The translations under genes were made by a program, and so were the position numbers. A stretch of DNA of 40,542 nt from positions 1-40,542 of the forward strand of contig CAZRYP010000002.1 in NCBI GenBank assembly GCA_964604295.1, in the 5' to 3' direction. Below are positions 25,810 through 33,466 of this stretch, piece after piece. The DNA comes from an uncultured Treponemataceae bacterium (lineage in GTDB: Bacteria; Spirochaetota; Spirochaetia; Treponematales; Rectinemataceae). The notes under the pieces were generated by a model that worked only from the letters and a program-made list of their open reading frames with translations, was not told where the DNA came from and did no database searches. Positions within the stretch are counted from its first letter, which is position 1. Each line of letters starts with the position of its first letter.

Positions 25810-26718
25810 ATGGTGACAGTGGAAAATGTGTCCAAATCCTATTCGAGCGTGCGTGCCGTGGACAACCTGTCCTTCGAGGCCAGGCCGGGCGAGATCTTCG
25901 GTCTCATAGGCCCCAACGGCGCGGGCAAATCGACGACGATCCGCATGATCATGAACATCATAGCTCCCGATTCGGGAAGGATACTCTTCGAAGGGAAGCC
26001 CCTCACCGAGGCCGACAAGGCCCGGATCGGCTACCTGCCCGAGGAGCGGGGCTTGTACAGGAAAGCCAGGGTGGGCGAAGTCCTCGAATACCTCGCCGCC
26101 ATAAAGGGCGCGAAGCAGGCGGAGGCCCGCGCGTCCATCGATGGATGGCTCGAGCGTTTCGGCATCGCCGAATGGAAGAACCGCAAGGTTTCCGAACTCT
26201 CGAAGGGCATGGCACAGAAGGCCCAGTTCATCGGCGCCATCGCCCACAATCCTTCGGTCGTCTTCTTCGACGAACCCTTTTCCGGCCTCGATCCCGTCGC
26301 CCAGGACGAACTGCTCGCCGTGATGGTCGAACTGAGGGAGAAGGGCGCGACCGTGCTTTTTTCCACCCACATCATGGAACAGGCGGAGAAGATCTGCGAG
26401 CGTATTCTCCTCGTGAACAAGGGGCGCGAAGTATTCTACGGACCCGTGTCCGATATCAAGGCGAAATACGGCCGCAACGCCGTCCAGCTGGAATTCGACG
26501 GCGACGGTTCCTTCGTCCGCGGCCTCGATTTCGTGGCTTCGGTCAACGCCTATCCCCGCTGGATAGAGGTGGAGCTGAAGGAGGGGGCCGATCCCGACCG
26601 ACTCTTCACGGCCGTGGCTGGCCGCCTCCGCATGCGGAGGTTCGAGGCCGTGGCTCCGTCCCTGCACAAGATCTTTGTCAGGCTGGTCGGGAACGCCGGG
26701 GAGGCCGAAAATGCCTAA
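25810..26718 (+). CDS. ABC transporter ATP-binding protein (ABC-2/NatA-like exporter type)
   Basis: I prefer the ATG at 25810 (GGAGGGG 6 nt upstream); the in-frame ATG at 25795 is the alternative. Motifs: Walker A GPNGAGKST, signature LSKGMAQKAQF, Walker B VVFFDEPFSGLD, H-loop STHIM. Confidence 0.9.
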   Translation: MVTVENVSKSYSSVRAVDNLSFEARPGEIFGLIGPNGAGKSTTIRMIMNIIAPDSGRILFEGKPLTEADKARIGYLPEERGLYRKARVGEVLEYLAAIKGAKQAEARASIDGWLERFGIAEWKNRKVSELSKGMAQKAQFIGAIAHNPSVVFFDEPFSGLDPVAQDELLAVMVELREKGATVLFSTHIMEQAEKICERILLVNKGREVFYGPVSDIKAKYGRNAVQLEFDGDGSFVRGLDFVASVNAYPRWIEVELKEGADPDRLFTAVAGRLRMRRFEAVAPSLHKIFVRLVGNAGEAENA

Positions 26719-27946
26719 GCTTTTCCATGTGATCCGTCATGAATTCCGGCTCGTCGCCGCGAACAGGACCTATGTGATTCTCACCATCATGGGTCCCTTC
26801 CTCATCCTGGCCATCACTGTCCTTCCCAGTCTCCTCAACAGGAATCCGGCCGCCATGGTCGACGGAAAGCCCGTGGCCATATACGGAGCAGCGCCCGACA
26901 TAAGGCCGGCCCTCGACAAGGCCTTTGCCGGGATGGGGCTGAAGACCAGGGAAGCGCCGGAGGAGGCCGCCGCGAAGGCAGCGGTCATCGGCGGCGAAAC
27001 CCTGGGCCTCCTGTCGATAGAGGCGGGCTGGCCGGACGCCGGCAGGGCGGTCTGGTACTCGCGCACCGGGGCCGACGCCGCCGTCTACTCGAGCGCCTCG
27101 GCCGCGCTGACCACCCTGGCGCGCGAAGTGCGCATCGCCAGGAGCGGCATCGATCCCGCCCTCGTCTCCAGGCTGCTCGCCCCTCCGTCCTTCGAAGTGG
27201 TCAAGCTCGAGGCGGGAGGAAAGGAGGAGACCAAGGGCGAGGAATCCTTCATGCAGATACTTTTCACGGCCTTGAGCTTCGTCATGATCCTGTACATGAC
27301 AGTCCTCCTCTACGGACAGCAGATCGGACGTTCCGTCGTCACCGAAAAGACCTCGAAGACCGTCGAGGTCATGCTCTCGAGCGTGAAGAGCCGCGATCTC
27401 ATGTTCGGCAAGATCCTGGGCCTCGGGGCGGCCGGACTGCTCCAGTACGCGGTATGGGTTTCCATGGCCATGATCCTCACCAAGCTCGTCGGTCCTCTCC
27501 TCGGCCTGGCCATGCCTCCGGGGGTGTCGCCGCAGAACCTTTTCTGGCTCGTCCTGTTCTTCATCCTGGCTTTCTTCCTCTATGCCTCGGCCTTCGCCGC
27601 CCTCGGGGCGGCCAGCGAGGACGAGCAGCATCTCGGCCAGCTCGCCTGGCCCCTTCTGACTTTTCTCATCGTCCCCCTGGTCATGATCAGCACCTTCATC
27701 ACCCATCCCGATTCCACGATATCCCTGGCATTGTCGCTTTTCCCGATGACGAGCCCCATCGTGATGTTCGTGCGCATTCTCGTCTCCCCGCCCGAAGCGT
27801 GGCAGCTCGCCCTCTGCCTGGCCATCCTCGTCGCGACCGTCGCCGGCATGGCCTGGCTCGCGGCCAAGGTGTTCAGAGTGGGAATCCTCATGACGGGCAA
27901 GCGACCCAAGCTGAAGGAGATCCTGCGCTGGATAGCGGTGAAGTAA
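26711..27946 (+). CDS. ABC-2 family transporter permease
   Basis: The ATG at 26711 overlaps the ATPase stop by 8 nt. There is one N-terminal TM segment, a roughly 150-aa extracytoplasmic loop, and then five or six TM segments, which is an ABC-2/NatB-like topology. Confidence 0.8.
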   Translation: MPKLFHVIRHEFRLVAANRTYVILTIMGPFLILAITVLPSLLNRNPAAMVDGKPVAIYGAAPDIRPALDKAFAGMGLKTREAPEEAAAKAAVIGGETLGLLSIEAGWPDAGRAVWYSRTGADAAVYSSASAALTTLAREVRIARSGIDPALVSRLLAPPSFEVVKLEAGGKEETKGEESFMQILFTALSFVMILYMTVLLYGQQIGRSVVTEKTSKTVEVMLSSVKSRDLMFGKILGLGAAGLLQYAVWVSMAMILTKLVGPLLGLAMPPGVSPQNLFWLVLFFILAFFLYASAFAALGAASEDEQHLGQLAWPLLTFLIVPLVMISTFITHPDSTISLALSLFPMTSPIVMFVRILVSPPEAWQLALCLAILVATVAGMAWLAAKVFRVGILMTGKRPKLKEILRWIAVK

Positions 27947-27966
27947 AGGGAGCTGAAAAAAACATA

Positions 27967-27978
27967 GGGAACGTTCCC
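27967..27978. promoter_or_regulatory. LacI-type operator candidate O1 (perfect palindrome GGGAACGTTCCC)
   Basis: A perfect 12-bp palindrome with the central CG typical of LacI/GalR operators, 60 nt upstream of the lacI-family gene start. Confidence 0.55.
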
Positions 27979-28022
27979 AAATTACTCTTGCGCGATTCCT
28001 GAAGTCGTGATACGTTAGTTTC

Positions 28023-28034
28023 GGGAACGTTCCC
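28023..28034. promoter_or_regulatory. LacI-type operator candidate O2 (identical GGGAACGTTCCC)
   Basis: An identical palindrome 56 bp from O1, ending 3 nt before the ATG at 28038. Confidence 0.55.
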
Positions 28035-28037
28035 ATT

Positions 28038-29078
28038 ATGAGCAAGCCCAAGATAAGCATCCATGAAGTCGCCCGTCTCGCGGGCGTCTCCAAGAGCACC
28101 GTGTCGCGCGTCGTGGCCGACAGCGGCGGTTCGGTGAGTCCCAGGGCTCTCGAGGCTGTCAACAGGGCTATAGAGCAGCTGGGCTACAAGAAGAACGTCA
28201 TGGCCGCCGGCCTGAGGACCCAGAGAACCTACATGGTCCTCGTGATGGTCCCGGACATCGCGAACCACTTCTGGTCGGAGATCATAAGGGCGGTGCAGGA
28301 CAGGCTGGAGCCCGAAGGCTACTCCGTCGTCATCGGAAGCACGGACTGGAGCGAAACCAGGGAAGACCAGTACTATGAGCTCGCCCGCTCCTCGCGCTTC
28401 GACGGTCTCATACTCAACAGTGTCACCGACAATATCGATCTCATCAAGGACCTCGGGGTTCCCGGCGTTCTCATCGGCGAGCGCGCCGCTGCGCAGGACA
28501 TCGACACCGTCGGAACCGATACGATACAAGCCACTCGCCTGGCCATGGGCTACCTCTGGGACACCGGCCACCGCCGCATCGCGATAGCCACGAGCGACCA
28601 CGGGAGCGAACGCTATCTTTCCCTCCGCGGCAGGGCCTACAAGGATTTCCTGCACGAGAAGGGCCTGGCCTATGATCCCGACCTCGTGTTCTCCGTGAAC
28701 CTGGACGAGGAGGGGGGAAGGGAGCTGGCGAGATCGGTCCTGGCCCTGCCCGACCGGCGCAGGCGCATGGACGCCCTTTTCTGCGGCAACGACGCCCTCG
28801 CCATAGCCGCGATGGCCGAGTTCAGGAAGTTCGGCGTCATCCCCGGCATCGACATCTCGGTCATCGGCATGGACGACGTGCCGGCGGCCGCGCAGACCTA
28901 TCCCCCCCTCACCACGGTGAGAAAGCCGAGGGATCTGATCGGGGCGGCGGCCGCCGAGCTCCTGCTCGGAAGAATGAAGGATCCGGCAAGGCCGGCGGAA
29001 AAGCGGCTCTTCCCCGGCGAACTCGTCATACGGGACAGCGTCATTCAAAAGAGGAACACAGATGAAGACAAGAGCTGA
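28038..29078 (+). CDS. LacI family transcriptional regulator
   Basis: The N-terminal HTH is IHEVARLAGVSKSTVSRVV, followed by a periplasmic-binding-protein-like effector domain. The protein is 346 aa. Confidence 0.9.
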   Translation: MSKPKISIHEVARLAGVSKSTVSRVVADSGGSVSPRALEAVNRAIEQLGYKKNVMAAGLRTQRTYMVLVMVPDIANHFWSEIIRAVQDRLEPEGYSVVIGSTDWSETREDQYYELARSSRFDGLILNSVTDNIDLIKDLGVPGVLIGERAAAQDIDTVGTDTIQATRLAMGYLWDTGHRRIAIATSDHGSERYLSLRGRAYKDFLHEKGLAYDPDLVFSVNLDEEGGRELARSVLALPDRRRRMDALFCGNDALAIAAMAEFRKFGVIPGIDISVIGMDDVPAAAQTYPPLTTVRKPRDLIGAAAAELLLGRMKDPARPAEKRLFPGELVIRDSVIQKRNTDEDKS

Positions 29079-30057
29079 AGTGATTGCCGACCGCGCGGGC
29101 TACGAATCCAGGGCCGCCGGTTCGCTCATCGGCCTGGCCGTCGGCGACGCCGTGGGCGATCTGGGGCGGAGCCAGGAGCACAGGAACCGATACGGTCTCA
29201 TCGTACGCCTCCTGGACGACGGGAAGAGCACGGACGATACGGAATTCGGCGTTCTGACCGCCAGGGCTCTCCTCGACTGCGGGGGCCGACTCACGCCGCA
29301 AGCGACGGCGGCGGCCTGGCGAAAATACATAATCGGCCGGGGCGGCGCCAAAAAGCGCGCCGGGCGGCCGCTCTACGGCGCCATAGAGAATCTGGGCAGG
29401 GGCATGGAACCGCCCTTCACCGGCAGATACAACGTCATGAACGTGGACGACGGAGCGGCGATGCGCGCCACCCCCCACGGCATCCTGCGCGCCGGGGATC
29501 CCGATGGAGCGGCCGAACTCGCGAAGGCCGACGCCTGCGTGAGCCATGACGCCGACGGCATCTGGGCCGCCCAGGCCGTCGCCGCGAGCGTGGCCGTGGC
29601 CATCGCGGGAGGCTCGGTCGACGAGATCGTCGCCGCCGGAAGGGCGAGATTTCCCGCCGGCAGCTGGATCGGCTCAGCCATGGACATCGCGATGGGCATC
29701 TGCGACCGCAATCCCGATATCGAGCTGGCCTACGAGGAACTCCACACCAAGCTGTGGACACCCGAGCATGCCACCTCGCCCGAGGCCATTCCCCAGGTCT
29801 ATGCCATTTTCAGGCTCACCGGTGGCGATCCCCGGCGCGGTCTCCTCTGGAGCGCCAATTTCGGCAGGGACGCCGACACGATCAGTGGCCTCGTCTGCTC
29901 CTTCGCGGGAGCGATGCACGGCCTCTCGGCATTCCCGGAAGCCTGGACGGCCCGCCTCAGAAAGCCTTCCGGCACCTGCCTCGATTTCGCCGCGGAAGAG
30001 GACATCGTCGCGCTCGCCGAAGAGCTCGTCGCGCTCTCCTGCGGGATGGGGGCGTGA
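29062..30057 (+). CDS. ADP-ribosylglycohydrolase (ARH/DraG) family protein, 331 aa
   Basis: It overlaps the lacI-family stop by 17 nt. ARH metal-site contexts are GLAVGDAVG, GKSTDDTEFG and FGRDADTISGLVCSFAGAMHG. Confidence 0.8.
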   Translation: MKTRAEVIADRAGYESRAAGSLIGLAVGDAVGDLGRSQEHRNRYGLIVRLLDDGKSTDDTEFGVLTARALLDCGGRLTPQATAAAWRKYIIGRGGAKKRAGRPLYGAIENLGRGMEPPFTGRYNVMNVDDGAAMRATPHGILRAGDPDGAAELAKADACVSHDADGIWAAQAVAASVAVAIAGGSVDEIVAAGRARFPAGSWIGSAMDIAMGICDRNPDIELAYEELHTKLWTPEHATSPEAIPQVYAIFRLTGGDPRRGLLWSANFGRDADTISGLVCSFAGAMHGLSAFPEAWTARLRKPSGTCLDFAAEEDIVALAEELVALSCGMGA

Positions 30058-30061
30058 GGAA

Positions 30062-30997
30062 ATGAGCGAAAGCGGTCAGCGGGCGCGACTCCCTATGTCG
30101 ATCGGTCCCGGCTCGGCCCTGCGGAAGCAGGAGTGGTCCCTCCTCGTCCTCCTCGCTCCCGCACTCCTCTATTTCCTCGTCTATCACATCATACCGCTCT
30201 TCGGGATGGCGATGGCCTTCCAGGATTTCAGGATCATCGGGAAAAGCCCCTTCGTCGGGCTCAAGCACTTCAAGGCCCTTTTCAGCTCGCCTTCATTCAT
30301 GCAGGTTTTGGCCAACACCCTGATCATCAGCTTCATGAAGATCGTGCTCTTCTTCCCCCTGCCCATCGCCTTCGCCCTCATGCTGAACGAAGTGCGCGCC
30401 TCCTTCATGAGAAAATTCATCCAGTCGACCACCTACCTGCCTCACTTCCTTTCCTGGGTGGTCATCGCCGGCGTATGGATCGCCTTCCTTTCGCCCAGCA
30501 CGGGAGGCATGAACCAGCTGCGCGGCATTTTCGGCCTTCCCGCCATCGATTACATGACGGACAAGGGTTCCATCCGCTGGGTGCTCTTCGCCTCCGAAAC
30601 ATGGCGCAGCCTCGGATGGGATTCGATCATCTACATGGCCGCCCTGGCGAGCATCAGCCCCAGCCTCTACGAATCGGCCGACCTGGACGGGGCGGGACCG
30701 CTGCAGAAAATGCGTTTCATCACCCTGCCCGAGCTCACCTCGACCATGGTGACCGTCTTCATCCTGAACATGGGGTTCTTCCTCAACGCGGGTTTCGACC
30801 AGGTCTTCAACATGATGAACGACTCGGTGATCAGCGTGGTGGATATTCTCGACACCTACGTCTACAGGATAGGCCTCCTGAACATGCAGTACTCGATCTC
30901 CACGGCGGCCAGCCTCTTCAAGGGCGTCATCGGCCTCGTCCTCATCCTCGCGGCCCACAAGGGCTCCCTCAAGGTGACGGGGAAGGGGATGTGGTGA
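30062..30997 (+). CDS. ABC sugar-type transporter permease (LplB/YteP-like)
   Basis: The ATG lies 4 nt after the ARH stop. LLAPALLYFLVYHIIPLFGMAMAFQDF matches an LplB-type N-terminus, and the EAA-loop region is YESADLDGAGPLQKMRFITLP. Confidence 0.85.
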   Translation: MSESGQRARLPMSIGPGSALRKQEWSLLVLLAPALLYFLVYHIIPLFGMAMAFQDFRIIGKSPFVGLKHFKALFSSPSFMQVLANTLIISFMKIVLFFPLPIAFALMLNEVRASFMRKFIQSTTYLPHFLSWVVIAGVWIAFLSPSTGGMNQLRGIFGLPAIDYMTDKGSIRWVLFASETWRSLGWDSIIYMAALASISPSLYESADLDGAGPLQKMRFITLPELTSTMVTVFILNMGFFLNAGFDQVFNMMNDSVISVVDILDTYVYRIGLLNMQYSISTAASLFKGVIGLVLILAAHKGSLKVTGKGMW

Positions 30998-31893
30998 TGC
31001 GCAAAGTGAAAACGACCACGGTCGAGATAATCTGGCGAAGCGCCATCGCGATTTTCCTCCTCGGCATCAGCGTGGTGGTCGTCGTTCCCCTGCTCAACCT
31101 CCTCGCCCTCTCCCTCTCCGACCCCGCGAGGGTGTCGGAGGTGCGAGGCCTCACCATCGTGCCCAAGGGACTTTCCCTCATCAATTACCGCGTCCTGGCG
31201 GCCAATCCGCTCTTCGTCAGAAGCATCCTGAATTCCGTCTACATCACCTTCGTGGGCACAGCCCTTAACCTCCTCGTCACCGCGATGGCCGCCTTCGCCA
31301 TGACGAGGCCCAGACTGCCCTTCAAGCGCTTCTTCCAGGTCCTGATCGTCGTGGTGATGATCTTCGAGCCGGGACTCATCCCAGAATACCTCGTCGTCAA
31401 GAGAATAGGCCTCATGGGAAGCCTCTGGGCCGTCATCCTCTACAAGACCGTGAACGTCTATTACCTCATCATCATGATGCGCTACTTCGAGGAAATCCCC
31501 GCCTCCTTCATCGAGGCCGCCCAGGTGGACGGGGCCAGCTACATGAAAATCCTGGCGAAAATAGTTCTGCCTCTGTCCAAGCCCGCCCTCGCGACGCTCG
31601 GACTTTTCTATGGCGTGTTCCACTGGAACGAATACTTCAGGGCGAGCATCTATCTCACCGACCCCAACAAGTATCCGCTCCAGCTGATCCTGAGGCAGTT
31701 CGTCGTTCTCGACGACACAGCCTCGCTCATCGGGTCGGGCGCGCTTTTCAGCTACGATGAAGCGGCCCGCCTCAGCTACGACGCGCTGCAGGCGAGCACC
31801 ATCATCGTGGCCATGCTGCCGGTTCTCGTTATCTACCCTCTGATCCTCAAGTATTACGCGAGAGGAGTGATGGAAGGTGGAGTCAAGGAATAG
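30997..31893 (+). CDS. ABC sugar-type transporter permease (LplC/YtcP-like)
   Basis: The ATG shares one nt with the upstream TGA. The EAA loop is IEAAQVDGASYMKILAKIVLPLSKP. Confidence 0.85.
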   Translation: MRKVKTTTVEIIWRSAIAIFLLGISVVVVVPLLNLLALSLSDPARVSEVRGLTIVPKGLSLINYRVLAANPLFVRSILNSVYITFVGTALNLLVTAMAAFAMTRPRLPFKRFFQVLIVVVMIFEPGLIPEYLVVKRIGLMGSLWAVILYKTVNVYYLIIMMRYFEEIPASFIEAAQVDGASYMKILAKIVLPLSKPALATLGLFYGVFHWNEYFRASIYLTDPNKYPLQLILRQFVVLDDTASLIGSGALFSYDEAARLSYDALQASTIIVAMLPVLVIYPLILKYYARGVMEGGVKE

Positions 31894-31914
31894 GACAAGG
31901 AACAGGAGGTTATC

Positions 31915-33342
31915 GTGAAAAAGCACAGTATCGTGTCTTTGCTGATGGCGGTTCTTCTCGTCTGCGGAGTCGCCTTCGTCGGAGCGGCCACACCCAAGGT
32001 GAGGCTCGTCCTCAAGGATCTGGATACCGATCCCAATTCGGCCCAGTTCATCCAGCTCATCGAAAAGGGCATGGCCGCTGCCGGGACGCCCGTCGATATC
32101 GAGATCGTCAAGGTGCCGGCCGGCAACTACGCCGAAAAGATCAGCCTGATGATCATGTCGGGAGACGTCCCCGATCTCATCTATTTCCAGGGCGGCGACG
32201 ACAAGATCGCCATGCAGGACCTGCTCGTGGACCTTCGCCCCTATGTCGACAAGTCCAAGAGCCTGAAAACCGTCCTGGACCAGCACAGCAAGCTGCGCCT
32301 CGAGAGCTATCCCTACCTCGTGTGGGTCGCCCCTCCCCGCGTCCGCGCTCCTGTGATACGGCAGGACTGGTTCGATTCCCTCCCCTCCGCCAAGGCCCTG
32401 GCCGCGAAACCGACCGTCGACAACTACTACGCCCTCTTCAAGGATCTCGTCCAGAAGAAGGGAGCGAAGTACGGCATCTCCGTGACCGGCGCCACCAACG
32501 GCGTCGAGGAGCTCGACTCGATATTCGACGCCGCTTTCGGCATCACCTCGACCTGGATGAAGGGTGCCGACGGCCAGTGGACCTATGCCCGGGTCACGCC
32601 GAACGAAAAGACCAAGCTCGAATTCTACGCCAAGCTCTACAAGGAAGGCATCCTCGATCCCGAATATCTGACCAAGAAGTGGGATTCCAAGGAGCAGGTG
32701 TTCTATGAGGGCAAGGCGGGCATGGTGGCCGGCGTGGCGCCAGGCAGCCTCGATGTCTACGCGAACAAGATGCTGAAGACCCAGGGCACGAGCATCGTTC
32801 CCCTTCCTCCCCCCGCCGGGATCGCCCAGGGCCTCGGCCCCTTCGTGGACGTGACCAAGGAAGCCCGAGGCTTCGCGATTCCCACGACCTCCAAGGTCAA
32901 GGATGCCGCCTTCGCCGTGATCGACTTCATGTGGAGCCCGGCCGGTCTCAAGATCGCCAAGCTCGGCATGCCCGGACTCCATGTCGTCGAGGAAGCCAAC
33001 CGCTATGTCCTGACCGACAAGTACTCCGAATGGTACAACGGCTGGTTCGGCGATTCCTTCAACGGCTTCAATCCCGACAAGCCCCTCTCGAGGCCGATAA
33101 TGACCGACGCGGCCGTGGCCTCGGCCAAGCTGGCGACCAAGTACATGATGGCCGACAAGACCTTCCTCATCCCCGAGCAGTACGTCACCAACTGGGACGC
33201 CATGACGAATCTGTACAAGGAATATATCGCCGACATCGTCACCGGCAAGAAGCCCGTCTCCGCCTTCGACGAGTATGTGCAGAAGTGGTACAAGGCCGGC
33301 GGCACCGAGCTGTCCAAGTACGCGGCCACCAAGCTGAAATAA
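31915..33342 (+). CDS. Extracellular solute-binding lipoprotein (LplA-like, family 1 SBP)
   Basis: A GTG start follows GGAGG. The signal and lipobox are LLMAVLLVCG. The 475-aa length and motifs (DLIYFQGG, WDSKEQVFYEGKAGM) fit LplA-type binding proteins. No cognate ATPase gene is in the locus. Confidence 0.8.
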   Translation: MKKHSIVSLLMAVLLVCGVAFVGAATPKVRLVLKDLDTDPNSAQFIQLIEKGMAAAGTPVDIEIVKVPAGNYAEKISLMIMSGDVPDLIYFQGGDDKIAMQDLLVDLRPYVDKSKSLKTVLDQHSKLRLESYPYLVWVAPPRVRAPVIRQDWFDSLPSAKALAAKPTVDNYYALFKDLVQKKGAKYGISVTGATNGVEELDSIFDAAFGITSTWMKGADGQWTYARVTPNEKTKLEFYAKLYKEGILDPEYLTKKWDSKEQVFYEGKAGMVAGVAPGSLDVYANKMLKTQGTSIVPLPPPAGIAQGLGPFVDVTKEARGFAIPTTSKVKDAAFAVIDFMWSPAGLKIAKLGMPGLHVVEEANRYVLTDKYSEWYNGWFGDSFNGFNPDKPLSRPIMTDAAVASAKLATKYMMADKTFLIPEQYVTNWDAMTNLYKEYIADIVTGKKPVSAFDEYVQKWYKAGGTELSKYAATKLK

Positions 33343-33419
33343 GCGGCGGGTCCGTAGTTCGATTGTAACGAGGGCGCCGTGCGCTCCGCTGATGCGGGCC
33401 GCGCGGCGAGCGCTCTGGG

Positions 33420-33439
33420 GACGCCGCCGACGCGGCGTC
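33420..33439 (+). promoter_or_regulatory. Intra-operon GC hairpin (possible attenuator or mRNA stabiliser)
   Basis: A perfect 8-bp stem GACGCCGC/GCGGCGTC with loop CGAC is followed by a moderately T-rich tail (TCAGTATCTTCACTTT). It lies in the 124-nt gap between the SBP gene and the next CDS. Confidence 0.3.
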
Positions 33440-33466
33440 TCAGTATCTTCACTTTGGAGTAAGCCG

